This document shows, one piece after another, positions 19,173 through 28,181 of a DNA stretch of 64,000 nucleotides. Both the position numbers and the translations under genes were made by a program. This stretch comes from Candidatus Eiseniibacteriota bacterium (GTDB lineage Bacteria > Eisenbacteria > RBG-16-71-46 > SZUA-252): assembly GCA_043779525.1 (NCBI GenBank), contig JAYWED010000031.1, positions 4,240 through 68,239 on the forward strand. The letters run 5' to 3'. How positions within the stretch are numbered: position 1 is the stretch's first letter; every line of letters begins with the position of its first letter. The notes below the pieces were generated by a model that was not told the DNA's origin, searched no databases, and worked only from the letters and a program-made list of their open reading frames with translations.

Positions 19173-20341
19173 GGGACGCTCGGTTCCATGCGGGAGCCCG
19201 CCGGGACCACCGATCCCTTGCCGACGACGCAGATTCCCTGTTTGGAGCGCCCTTCGGACGCGCCCGCGCTCCCCACGCTGGCGTCCGGACCGATCACGAC
19301 GCGCTTGTCCACGATCGCGCGGGAAAGGCGCGCCCCGGGCGCGATCCGCGCGTCGTGCATCACGATCGAGTCCTCGACCACGGCGCCCGCGCCGACGTGC
19401 ACCCCAGGGAAGAGCACCGACCGCCTTACCTCGCCTTCCACTTTCGCTCCGTGCGAGATGAGACTCTGGCTCACCACCGCTTCCGCTCCCACGACGGCGG
19501 GAGCGCGGTCCTCGCTCGGTGTGTAGATCAGCCAGTCGGGATCGTAGAGATTGAGCGGAGGGAACGGGCGGACAAGGTCCATGTTCGATTCGTAGTAGGA
19601 ATGGAGCGTTCCGATGTCGCGCCAGTAGCCCCGGTGGGCATAGGCCCACACCGGTTCGCCCTCCGCGATCATGGGCCGGATCACATCCCCTACCAGATCC
19701 GGGCCGCTCCCGGGCCGGCGCAGGCGCTCCAGGAGGTCCCGCGCGCGGAAGGCGTAGATGGCAGCGGATACCACGCGGCCGCCCGTGCGCTTCGGCTTCT
19801 CCTCGAGCGCGGTGACGCGCCCGTCCGGGTCGGCCTGCACGAACCCATAGCGCTCGGGCTCTTCGCTCGGGGCCTGGGTCGTGACCAGCGTGAGCGCCGC
19901 GTCGCGCTCCTCGTGGAAGCGGATCAGCTCGGCATAGTCCATCTTGTAGACCAAGTCCCCGGAGAGGACGAGGATGTGCCGCGCCTGCGCGTCCTCGATG
20001 ACGTTTCGGTTCTGGAGGAGCGCGTCGGCGGTGCCCCGGTACCAGTTGGTCTCGCGCTGGCGCACGTAGGGCTGGAGAAGCTGAATGCCGCCGTCACGGC
20101 GGTCCAGGTCCCAGGCGCGGCCGATGCCGATGTGCCCGTGCAGGGAGAGCGGCGCGTACTGGGTCAGGATTCCGACCCGCGCGAGGCCGGAGTGCACGCA
20201 GTTGGAGAGGGTGAAATCGATGACCCGGTACTTGCCGCCGTACGGGAGCGCCGAGGCGGTGCGGATGCGTCCCAGAGCGCGCAGAGCCTCGCTTCGTCCC
20301 CCCGCGAGCACGAGCGTAAGCACGGGGGGGATCGCGGTCAT
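19169..20341 (-). CDS. glgD: Second glucose-1-phosphate adenylyltransferase paralogue with degenerate N-terminal motif (GlgD-like regulatory subunit)
   Basis: VLAGGRSEALRALG... instead of GGxGxRL; otherwise GlgC-like (PYGGKYRVIDFTLSNCVHSGL, LbH C-terminus); ATGA overlap with glgC. Confidence 0.65.
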   Translation of the reverse strand: MTAIPPVLTLVLAGGRSEALRALGRIRTASALPYGGKYRVIDFTLSNCVHSGLARVGILTQYAPLSLHGHIGIGRAWDLDRRDGGIQLLQPYVRQRETNWYRGTADALLQNRNVIEDAQARHILVLSGDLVYKMDYAELIRFHEERDAALTLVTTQAPSEEPERYGFVQADPDGRVTALEEKPKRTGGRVVSAAIYAFRARDLLERLRRPGSGPDLVGDVIRPMIAEGEPVWAYAHRGYWRDIGTLHSYYESNMDLVRPFPPLNLYDPDWLIYTPSEDRAPAVVGAEAVVSQSLISHGAKVEGEVRRSVLFPGVHVGAGAVVEDSIVMHDARIAPGARLSRAIVDKRVVIGPDASVGSAGASEGRSKQGICVVGKGSVVPAGSRMEPSVP

Positions 20342-20362
20342 GCCGCGATCCGGGGCGCCGCG

Positions 20363-21394
20363 CTAGAAGCGGTAGGAGCCCGAGACGCGATGGCTCGCGT
20401 CGAGGTCGCGATGATCCAGATACGCGTAGTCGAGTCCGAACTTCCGGTACCGAAGCCCCGCGCCGGCGGTGAAGTTCTGCGCCTCGAAGCCTGCGCGCAG
20501 AGCGAGCCGGCGGTCGAACCAGTATTCGAGCCCGGGATGGAATTCGAAAGTGACGCCGCCGAGGTGCGCCTGGCTCGAGAGCCGCTCGTCGGAGAACCCG
20601 ACCTGCACGTCCAGGGCCGCCGTGACCAGGTGCCGCCGATCCCGGAACGAGCGCGTCTTGGCCGCGCCGAGGCGCAGGGACGGTGCGATGAACTCGCCCG
20701 TCCCGGTGTTCCAGAGGATCCGGGTCGTCGTCGCGTCACGTAGCGTCGCCCCCAGGGAGAACCCGCTGCGCCCGACATAGAGCAGCCCGAGGTCGATCCC
20801 GAAGCCGTTCGAGCGGAGACTGTCGCCGAGCCACTGCCGGATGTACTTGAAGTTTCCGCCGAGCGAGAGACCGGGGCGGACGTCGCGAGCATAGCTGAAA
20901 AGCAGCGCCACGTCGTTATCGCTGTCGAATACGAACCGGCTCTCGTCCACGTTGAGGAGATCGCCGGGATAATCGAATTTTCCGTTCCCGTTGATATCCG
21001 TCTGGAGCTGGAGGCCGCGCGTGTCCGGGATGTCGCTCACCCCGAGACGGACGAGCGAGACCGAAAGCGCCTGGCGCGGTTTCCCCGGGGCCGAGACCGG
21101 CATGACGTAGGAGAGGAAGTCGTACTGCACGATGGAGCCGAACTGCTCCGCGTGCATCGCGGTGACCTGACGCTCGGTCAGCGTTGCGAGCCCGGCGGGA
21201 TTCCAGTAGGCCGCGGTCCCGTCGTCGGCGAGCCCCACGAAGGCGCTCCCCATCCCCAGAGCCCGGGCGCCGACTCCGATGCGAAGGAATTCACCCGCGT
21301 AGCGGGTGGCCCACGCGGAATCCGGCCGGCACGGCCCGAGGGCCGCGATCAGCGCGAGAAGGAGACAGGTTTTGAAAACGGGAACGAGCCGCAT
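20363..21394 (-). CDS. Outer-membrane beta-barrel protein, PorV/UPF0164/FadL-like
   Basis: Signal peptide; N-terminal GARALGMGSAFVGLADDGTAAYWNPAGLA (typical of PorV/UPF0164 family); alternating beta-strand pattern, C-terminal aromatic ...SGSYRF. Confidence 0.5.
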   Translation of the reverse strand: MRLVPVFKTCLLLALIAALGPCRPDSAWATRYAGEFLRIGVGARALGMGSAFVGLADDGTAAYWNPAGLATLTERQVTAMHAEQFGSIVQYDFLSYVMPVSAPGKPRQALSVSLVRLGVSDIPDTRGLQLQTDINGNGKFDYPGDLLNVDESRFVFDSDNDVALLFSYARDVRPGLSLGGNFKYIRQWLGDSLRSNGFGIDLGLLYVGRSGFSLGATLRDATTTRILWNTGTGEFIAPSLRLGAAKTRSFRDRRHLVTAALDVQVGFSDERLSSQAHLGGVTFEFHPGLEYWFDRRLALRAGFEAQNFTAGAGLRYRKFGLDYAYLDHRDLDASHRVSGSYRF

Positions 21395-21497
21395 CAGGCG
21401 CCGCCGGCAAGGGAAACCATCGCTTGGATCCGGACAAGGGATTGTACCCCACCCCGGATCGCGGGGTTCCTTGGTCGAGACCCCCGGCTTCCCGGGG

Positions 21498-21938
21498 TCA
21501 ATGGGCGGCAGACCGCCGTTTCGCGGGCGCCGCGTCGTCGGCGGGTCGCGACGTCGACACCCGCCGCAGAGACCGCCACACCACGTATTGCTCCACCAAC
21601 TCGCGGTCCTCCTCGGCCATGTCGGTGAAGCAGCAGGCCAATTCGAACTTCCGCTTCTGGCGCGGGACCTCGATCTCCACGGCCCGCACGATCACGCCCT
21701 GGCACTGAACCACCCGCCCGCGGCGGAGCCGCCTCCCGAAGGGTGGCAGGAGCAGCGTGAGGGCCACACGGGTCAGCGGCGCAAGCGCCGTCTTGCTCTG
21801 AAACTGGAGACCTCCCGCGGAAAGATTGATGCTCTCGGTGGTGAGCACCGAAGCGTCCTCGCCCACTCCCGTGATCTGCATCGCGAGCTTGGCGATGACG
21901 CGTGGCGCCCGGCGTCGTTCCTTCGTCGACTTGGACAT
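21498..21938 (-). CDS. PilZ-domain (c-di-GMP-binding) protein
   Basis: RRAPRVI (RxxxR) ... TTESINLSAGGLQFQ (D/NxSxGG) PilZ signature; start taken at MSKSTKERRRAPRV. Confidence 0.55.
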   Translation of the reverse strand: MSKSTKERRRAPRVIAKLAMQITGVGEDASVLTTESINLSAGGLQFQSKTALAPLTRVALTLLLPPFGRRLRRGRVVQCQGVIVRAVEIEVPRQKRKFELACCFTDMAEEDRELVEQYVVWRSLRRVSTSRPADDAAPAKRRSAAH

Positions 21939-21975
21939 GACCCTCACCCTCCCCGCGGCCTTGCGGCCGCTCCGT

Positions 21976-23949
21976 TCAGCGACGCCTTCCCTGACGGCCA
22001 CCGCGCGCCTTCTTATTCGCGCGCTCCGGCCGCCTGGACCGTCGCGCCGCGCGCGTCCTGAGACCCAGCTCGATTTCCCTTCGCTCCAGATCCGCGCGGG
22101 CGATCACGACGTCCACGGGATCTCCCAATCCGAACCGGTGCCGCGTGCTCTTCGATCGAAACGAAAACCCGTGCTCCGCGAGCGTGAGCGACGGATCGCC
22201 GATAGCCCGCTTCGGCAAGAACCCCTCGATATTCAGGCCCTCGAGAAAGACGAACAGCCCGCCGGGCGTGAGCCCAACGATCGTGCCGCGCGCCTCTTCG
22301 CCCAGCCGCTGCAAGGCGAAGCGGACCGCCTTCATCTTGACGACCGCGCGCTCGGCATCGTCCGCAGCCATCTCGGTGGCGGAGATGTGCGCCGCCGTGC
22401 CCGCGCTCATCCATCCGCCCGCGAACGCCCAAGGATCGCCGGCCGGTTTGGAGCCGTCGAGAAGAAAGCGTTTCACGATTCGATGATTGGCGAGGTCTGC
22501 ATAGCGGCGGATCGGAGACGTGAAGTGCGCGTACCCGCGCATTCCCAGCCCGAAGTGGCCGACGTCCACGAGATCGTAACGCGCCTTCTCCATCGCCCGC
22601 AGGAGATAGAGATTCACGATGCGGTCGCGCGTCGTCTTTCCCGACGTCGCCCACCCACGGAGCTGCTTCGCCTCCGTCACGAACGGCACGGCCCCCGAGC
22701 GTCCCAGGTACCGGGCCGCTTCGAAGAACGCCCGCAGCTTATCATACCGGGGCCGCTCGTGAACCCTATAGAAAAACGGGAGCTCTCGCGCGAGCGCGCG
22801 CCCTCCCACGATGCGGTTCGCGAGCAGCATGAATTCCTCGACCAGCTCGTGCGTGGGAAGTCGTTTCGTTTCCTGAAACGCCTCCGGCTCACCGCGCGCG
22901 TCCAGACGCGGGCGCAGCTCGGGAAGGTCGAGATCGAACCCGCCCTCCTCGAGACGTCGACGCCGCAACCCGCGCGCGATGCGATCGAGCCCGGCCAGCG
23001 CCGCTGGCACACCCGAGCCCCCCTCGCGCGCGAGACGCGCGGCCTCCGGATAGGAGAGCGAGGCCCCGCTGCGCACGACCCCGCTCACGATCCGGCTCTT
23101 GCCGACCCCGCCTTCCTCGTCCAACTCGACCAGAACGCTCAGTGTGAGCCGGTCCTTTCCGTCGACGAGGCTACAGAGCCCCCCGGAGAGCGACTCGGGG
23201 AGCATGGGGTACGTGGCATCGGCCAGGTACGCGCTGTTCCCCCGCGCCTGCGCCTCGAGGTCGAGCGCTCCCCCGGGCGGGACGTAATGGCTCACGTCCG
23301 CAATGTGGATCCCGATTTCGTGGATGCCCCCGGCGGAGCGGTGGATGGAGAGCGCGTCGTCGTGGTCCTTCGCGTCCTCCGGGTCGATCGTGACCGTGAG
23401 GTCGCTGCGGAAGTCGGTCCTGCCGTGGACCGCGTGGTCCACGGAGGACTCCGCGAAGGACGCCGCATCCGCGAGCGCGTCGGGCCCGAATTCGGTATGG
23501 AGACCCTCCTCCAACGCGACGACGTAACTGTCCTCGCGGGGGTCGTCGACACCGAGCACCGCGATGACCCGGCCCCGGAGCGGCTCGGCGGGCGTGCGGT
23601 CCAGGCGCACCACGGCGCGCCGGCCCTGCGGGACGGTGGCCCTTCCCTCCAGCGTCAGGAGGATCTCGCGCGGGTACTCCGGACGCTCAGGCCGGAGCAG
23701 CGTCTGCCGGCCCCGTGCCTCGAGGCGGCCGACGATTCCCGACGGGGAGCGCTCGAGCACTTCCACGATCTCGTGAGCGTCCCCCTCACGTCTGGACTCG
23801 AGATAGCTCGCCACCACGAGATCACCGTGGAGCGCCGTCCCCATCGCGAAGGGCGGGATGAAAAGATCGTCCTCGCCATCGCCCACCCGGACGAACCCAT
23901 AGCCGAAGCGGGTTCGCTCGAGGCGGCCGACGCGAGGACGTGTCGTCAC
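21976..23949 (-). CDS. rnr: Ribonuclease R (RNB family 3'-5' exoribonuclease with OB/CSD and S1 domains)
   Basis: TIDPEDAKDHDDALS, IHIADVSHYV, GHFGLG..YAHFTSPIRRYADLANHR RNB motifs; C-terminal basic tail. Confidence 0.9.
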   Translation of the reverse strand: MTTRPRVGRLERTRFGYGFVRVGDGEDDLFIPPFAMGTALHGDLVVASYLESRREGDAHEIVEVLERSPSGIVGRLEARGRQTLLRPERPEYPREILLTLEGRATVPQGRRAVVRLDRTPAEPLRGRVIAVLGVDDPREDSYVVALEEGLHTEFGPDALADAASFAESSVDHAVHGRTDFRSDLTVTIDPEDAKDHDDALSIHRSAGGIHEIGIHIADVSHYVPPGGALDLEAQARGNSAYLADATYPMLPESLSGGLCSLVDGKDRLTLSVLVELDEEGGVGKSRIVSGVVRSGASLSYPEAARLAREGGSGVPAALAGLDRIARGLRRRRLEEGGFDLDLPELRPRLDARGEPEAFQETKRLPTHELVEEFMLLANRIVGGRALARELPFFYRVHERPRYDKLRAFFEAARYLGRSGAVPFVTEAKQLRGWATSGKTTRDRIVNLYLLRAMEKARYDLVDVGHFGLGMRGYAHFTSPIRRYADLANHRIVKRFLLDGSKPAGDPWAFAGGWMSAGTAAHISATEMAADDAERAVVKMKAVRFALQRLGEEARGTIVGLTPGGLFVFLEGLNIEGFLPKRAIGDPSLTLAEHGFSFRSKSTRHRFGLGDPVDVVIARADLERREIELGLRTRAARRSRRPERANKKARGGRQGRRR

Positions 23950-23985
23950 GGGCGGTGCATTGTGGGCGGAGCTTGGAATCTGGGG

Positions 23986-24081
23986 CTAGCGGTTCTTCTT
24001 CTTGTGGCGATCGCGGCGGAGACGCTTCTTCCGCTTGTGAGTCGCGATCTTCTTACGCTTGCGCTTTTTTCCGCTTCCCAT
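23986..24081 (-). CDS. Small ORF (31 aa) encoding a bS22-like (DUF1713/AURKAIP1-type) highly basic ribosomal protein; not in ORF track
   Basis: AAGGAG SD 6 nt upstream of ATG; product MGSGKKRKRKKIATHKRKKRLRRDRHKKKNR resembles mycobacterial/Bacteroidetes bS22 (MGS..KKRRKRM.KKKHRKLL.R.R...). Confidence 0.5.
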   Translation of the reverse strand: MGSGKKRKRKKIATHKRKKRLRRDRHKKKNR

Positions 24082-24108
24082 CGCTCTCCTTCGGGGGCGG
24101 GCCCGGGC

Positions 24109-24384
24109 TCAGCCGCGCACCGCCCCTTTGAGTTCGTTGGACGCCTTGAAGACCGGCACCAGCTTGGCGGGCACCATGACCTCCGCCCCGCTGCGCGGAT
24201 TGCGCGCCTTGCGCGCCTTGCGCTCCCGAACCTTGAACGTGCCGAATCCACGGATCTCGATGTGCTTCCCCTCGCTCAGCGCCCGGGAAATCGCGTTCAG
24301 CAGCTGATCCACGATGGTCGCCGTTTCGCTCTTGGAGATTCGAGTCTTGCCCGAGATCTCGTCTACCAGATCTGCTTTCGTCAC
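24109..24384 (-). CDS. HU/IHF family DNA-binding protein
   Basis: MTKADLVDEIS...ETATIVDQLLNAISRALSEGKHIEIRGFGTFKVRERKARKARNPRSGAEVMVPA... (bacterial histone-like fold, beta-arm RNPRTG motif). Confidence 0.85.
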   Translation of the reverse strand: MTKADLVDEISGKTRISKSETATIVDQLLNAISRALSEGKHIEIRGFGTFKVRERKARKARNPRSGAEVMVPAKLVPVFKASNELKGAVRG

Positions 24385-24459
24385 GGGCTCCTCCTTGGCG
24401 GCATCCTACCGCCGGGTCGTCGAGGGCGGCACTCTAGCACCGGGCCGCGCACCCGTCAA

Positions 24460-25344
24460 TTAACGCAGCCGGTACTCGAGTTGAGGACCGGACTGGCTCA
24501 GGCCGGGCACCAGGCGCATCTTGTCCTGGAACAGGTCGAGGACCGACATCCGGCGGCGCTCCTTGCGAACGACGACGGGCCGCCCCTGGATCTTGCCCAA
24601 CTCTCCCGCCAGCCTGATCGCGTCGTCCAGATCTCCGAGCCGGTCCACGAATCCGTACTCCAGAGCCTGGCTCCCCGAAAAGATCCTGCCGTCCGCATAC
24701 GGCAGGATGTCGCTCTTTTCCATGCCGCGTCCATCCGCGATGGCGTTCACGAACTGCTCGTAGACGTTCGAAAGAACTCCCTGGAGAAGTGCCTTCTCGT
24801 CGGGGGTCATCGGGCGGGAGAGCGATCCGATGTCCTTGTACTTTCCGGTCTTCACCACCTCGAAACGAACTCCGACCTTCTTGAACAGCTCCTCGGTGTT
24901 CGGAAAGCTCAGGATCACGCCGATGCTGCCGGTGAGCGTGCCCGGATTGGATACGATCGAATCCGCGGCGCACGCGACGTAGTAGGCGCCGGACGCCGCG
25001 ACGCTTCCCATGGAGGCCACGACCGGCTTGTCCTCTTTCCGTACCCGCAGCACCGCGTCGTAGATTTCCTGGGACGCGGCGACGCCGCCCCCGGGGCTGT
25101 CGAGCCTCAAGACCACCGCCCGGATGCTCGAATCGCGGCGCATGTGCTCGAGCTGATCGACGATTCCTTCGGAGGATTCGATATCGCCGACGATCTCGAC
25201 CAACCCCACCCGCTTGTTCAGCGAGCCGAGCGCCAGATCATCGTGATTCAGGGAGAGGTTCACGACCAGGAACGCGAGGCTGACCGTCACGAGGGTGCCT
25301 ACAAAGAGGACGATACAGCCCACCAGCCAGCGCTTGACGGCCAT
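24460..25344 (-). CDS. sppA: Signal peptide peptidase SppA (36K type, ClpP/crotonase fold)
   Basis: N-terminal TM; IRAVVLRLDSPGGGVAASQEIY...ASMGSVAASGAYYVACAAD...KDIGS motifs; start taken at MAVKRWLVGCIVLF. Confidence 0.85.
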   Translation of the reverse strand: MAVKRWLVGCIVLFVGTLVTVSLAFLVVNLSLNHDDLALGSLNKRVGLVEIVGDIESSEGIVDQLEHMRRDSSIRAVVLRLDSPGGGVAASQEIYDAVLRVRKEDKPVVASMGSVAASGAYYVACAADSIVSNPGTLTGSIGVILSFPNTEELFKKVGVRFEVVKTGKYKDIGSLSRPMTPDEKALLQGVLSNVYEQFVNAIADGRGMEKSDILPYADGRIFSGSQALEYGFVDRLGDLDDAIRLAGELGKIQGRPVVVRKERRRMSVLDLFQDKMRLVPGLSQSGPQLEYRLR

Positions 25345-25789
25345 TCGGTCTCGTTTGGTCCCGCTCTTGGTCCAACAACTCGAGGAGGTTGCCGAATACG
25401 CTAGCAAAGCGCCGGGGGGAATTCAATCAACGCGGTGTACGTAAATTGCGAACGGGGCGTCCGGTTGCCCGAACGCCCCGTGCCGGCCCAGCGGCCGAAT
25501 AGTCTGTTCCCCACCTGTGCCGCGCGCCTAGTGCCAGTGAAACTGCGTCGTCTCGTCGAGGGGATCAGCTCAGGACCAGGCGATTCTCGCGGGCACCGCA
25601 GGGAACATATGGCGCAGTGCGTATGTGCACCCTTACCAAAGCAATCGGTGTACCGAGGAGGAGCGCGGGGACACAAAGCGGCGGGCAAATAATGGTGAAA
25701 ATATGGGGCGCAGTAAACATCACTATCGCAATCATTTATTGGATACTTCGAATGTGTTTTCTACCTTCCTTGAACACCCTTCCGGGGCG

Positions 25790-25833
25790 GGTCGAGCGGT
25801 AACCCGCCGAGGGGCCGGCGCGGGGCCCTACAT
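25790..25833 (-). terminator. Two consecutive GC-rich hairpins just 3' of gpmI (candidate intrinsic terminator without U-tract)
   Basis: Minus strand: GGGCCccgcgccGGCCC ... GGCGGGTtaccgctcgACCCGCC directly after the gpmI stop. Confidence 0.3.
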
Positions 25834-25847
25834 CTGAGCCGGATGGC

Positions 25848-27416
25848 TCAAGGTTGGGGGGCAATTGCCCCAGCCGGCTCCGGAGCGAGGAGGGATTTGC
25901 CGGTCATCTCCGCCGGCGGGCGGATTCCCATGATGGAGAGGAGCGTGGGCGCCACGTCGGCCAGAATGCCGTTCCCGATCCGGTAGCGGCGAGGTCCCAC
26001 ACAGAGGATCGGAACCGGGTGCATCGTGTGGGCGGTGTGAGGCCCCCCGGTCTCGTAGTCGATCATCTGGTCGGCGTTCCCGTGGTCGGCGGTTACCAGA
26101 ACCGTTCCCGAGCGGCTCCGGACCACCTCGATCAGGCGCCCCAGGCACCGGTCCACCGTCTCCACCGCCTTCACGGCCGCCTCGATCACCCCCGTGTGAC
26201 CCACCATGTCGGCGTTGGCGTAGTTGAGGACGAAGAAGCCGTACGTTCCGTCGGAGAGCCTGCGGACGGCTTCGTCCGTCAGCTCGCGCGCGCTCATTTC
26301 CGGCTTCAGGTCGTAGGTGGCCACCTTGGAGGAAGGCACGAGCACCCGGTCCTCACCGGGGAACGGCGTCTCCTGGCTGCCGTTGAAGAAGTACGTGACG
26401 TGCGCGTACTTCTCGGTCTCGGCCAATCGAATCTGCCGGACCCCGTCGCGGCTCACGGCCTCGCCCAGGGTCCCACGCAGCGGATCGTCGGCGAAGAGGA
26501 CCGGGTAGGGGAACGTCTCGTCGTAGGAGGTCATGCAAACGTAGTCCAGGTCCAGGGGCCAGCCCGGCCGCTCAAAGGCGTCGAACGCCGGCTCCGCCAG
26601 CGCGCGCGTGATCTGACGCATCCGGTCGGGGCGGAAATTGAACGCGAGCACTGTGTCTCCGCGCGCGATCAGGGCCGGCTCCCCGAAGCCGGACACCACG
26701 GTCGGCTTGACGAACTCATCGTTCTCGCCTCGCGCGTAGGCCTTCTCGAGCGCCTCGACCGCACTCCCGGCCTTGAACCCCTCGCCCTGAACCAGGGTGC
26801 GGTAGCCCAGCTCGGTCCGATCCCAACGCTTGTCCCGGTCCATCGCGTAGTATCGTCCGCCGACCGACGCGATGCGGCCCCGGCCGATCTCGCGAAGGAC
26901 GGCTTCCGTGGCCTCGAGGTCCCCCCGGGCCGAGCGCGGCGGCACGTCGCGGCCGTCGGTGATGGCGTGCACGAAGATGCGCTCCACGCCCGCGGACTTC
27001 GCGATGCGGAGGAGCGCATGGAGATGGCGGGTGTGGCTGTGGACGCCGCCCGCGGAGTGAAGCCCGACGAAGTGGAGCGCGGCATTCCGCTTCCGGGTCC
27101 GCGCCAGAGCGTCGACGAGAGCCTGATTCCGGGAGAGCGTTCCTTCCGCGATCGACCGGTCGATGCGCGTCAGGTCCTGGTAGACGATCCTCCCCGCCCC
27201 GAGGCTCAGGTGCCCGACCTCGGAGTTTCCCATTTGCCCGGCGGGAAGCCCCACGGATTCGCCCCACGTGACCAGCGTCGCGTGCGGACACTCGCGCGTC
27301 AGCGCGTCCATGACCGGAGTGCGCGCCATCAGCACGGCGTTCCCTTCGGCACGGGGGTTCAGCGCCCAGCCGTCGAGAATGATGAGGCCCGTGAGCGACG
27401 ATGATGACGTGGACAT
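25848..27416 (-). CDS. gpmI: 2,3-bisphosphoglycerate-independent phosphoglycerate mutase
   Basis: LIILDGWALNP...MGNSEVGHLSLGAGRIVYQD...LHFVGLHSAGGVHSH...VTADHGNAD full-length iPGM. Confidence 0.95.
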   Translation of the reverse strand: MSTSSSSLTGLIILDGWALNPRAEGNAVLMARTPVMDALTRECPHATLVTWGESVGLPAGQMGNSEVGHLSLGAGRIVYQDLTRIDRSIAEGTLSRNQALVDALARTRKRNAALHFVGLHSAGGVHSHTRHLHALLRIAKSAGVERIFVHAITDGRDVPPRSARGDLEATEAVLREIGRGRIASVGGRYYAMDRDKRWDRTELGYRTLVQGEGFKAGSAVEALEKAYARGENDEFVKPTVVSGFGEPALIARGDTVLAFNFRPDRMRQITRALAEPAFDAFERPGWPLDLDYVCMTSYDETFPYPVLFADDPLRGTLGEAVSRDGVRQIRLAETEKYAHVTYFFNGSQETPFPGEDRVLVPSSKVATYDLKPEMSARELTDEAVRRLSDGTYGFFVLNYANADMVGHTGVIEAAVKAVETVDRCLGRLIEVVRSRSGTVLVTADHGNADQMIDYETGGPHTAHTMHPVPILCVGPRRYRIGNGILADVAPTLLSIMGIRPPAEMTGKSLLAPEPAGAIAPQP

Positions 27417-27504
27417 GCGCCGAGGTTAGCACAGGCGCGCCGGGCGGTCGGGCGCGGAAACGCGGCGGCCGGCGCGACGTCCTCCTCCTCTACGGCGCCT
27501 GCGA

Positions 27505-27708
27505 TCAGGCCTTCGTGACGTTCGCCGCCTGCGGTCCTTTCGGTCCCTGGGTCACCTCGAAGGACACTTCGTCCCCTTCCTTCAGGCTCTTGAACCCGTC
27601 TCCGACGATCGCGCTGTAGTGGACGAATACGTCGGGTCCGCCCGAGCGCTCGATGAAGCCGAATCCCTTCGCCTCGTTGAACCATTTGACCTTCCCAGTC
27701 TCAGCCAT
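27505..27708 (-). CDS. csp: Cold-shock protein (CspA family, 67 aa)
   Basis: GGAGG-N9-ATG; [67 protein letters not shown] (RNP1/RNP2 motifs); ORF-track 162-aa version is a stop-free 5' over-extension. Confidence 0.9.
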   Translation of the reverse strand: MAETGKVKWFNEAKGFGFIERSGGPDVFVHYSAIVGDGFKSLKEGDEVSFEVTQGPKGPQAANVTKA

Positions 27709-27713
27709 CGCGT

Positions 27714-28181
27714 TCATCCTCCTCTTCGGGAAAGAACCTGCGCGCACGCCGCGCAGGCGATCGAGACCAGACACGCGGACCATACGGGCAGGATCCACGG
27801 CCTGGGCACGAGAAACACCAGATCCAGATCGGCAAGGGTGGCCGGGAACCCCGTCCAGAGCCTCAGAAACGCGTAATAGAAAAGATCCCAGAGCCCGAAG
27901 ATCCACAGCCCCCGCGCCAGGGCCACCCGGAGCGGCGGTCTGCTCAGGGACGCGACAGCCGCGATCATGACCAGAGTCGCCGCCTCGCGCCACTGCTCGA
28001 GCCTAAGCCCAGCCTCGGGAATGGGATGAAACGGCGCGGCCCATCCCTCCGGAAAATAGAGCCGCTTGAGCGTGACCACGCAGGCCGCCTCGACCAGCGC
28101 CATCGCGCACGCGAAGACCGTCAGCGCGACAAACCCCACGCGACTCTCGCGGCCCGAACGGCCCCACACGCCCGGATTCAC
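27714..28181 (-). CDS. Small 4-TM membrane protein of unknown function
   Basis: Four hydrophobic helices ([73 protein letters not shown]); start position uncertain (GTG near 28181 suggested). Confidence 0.4.
   Translation of the reverse strand: MNPGVWGRSGRESRVGFVALTVFACAMALVEAACVVTLKRLYFPEGWAAPFHPIPEAGLRLEQWREAATLVMIAAVASLSRPPLRVALARGLWIFGLWDLFYYAFLRLWTGFPATLADLDLVFLVPRPWILPVWSACLVSIACAACAQVLSRRGG

Noticed and set aside
21826-25404. 1192-aa plus-strand ORF, and similar long plus-strand ORFs at 3178-5532, 40316-42421, 45778-48378, 32815-34359, 59043-60377
   Set aside because: Each lies antisense to several strongly conserved minus-strand genes (rnr, IHF, sppA; uvrA; ABC permeases etc.) and translates to low-complexity Arg/Gly/Pro-rich sequence with no motifs. 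These are stop-codon-poor antisense frames of high-GC DNA.
25345-25847. Known housekeeping ncRNAs (SRP/4.5S, tmRNA, RNase P, 6S) in the long gpmI-sppA spacer
   Set aside because: The conserved cores were searched for by eye on both strands: SRP GGUCCGGAAGGAAGCAGC, tmRNA 3' GGUUCGAnUCC...CCA, and RNase P AGUCCGGGC / GGUAAGAGCGCACC. None is present; only a partial CCGGAAGG was found. This needs Infernal to settle.
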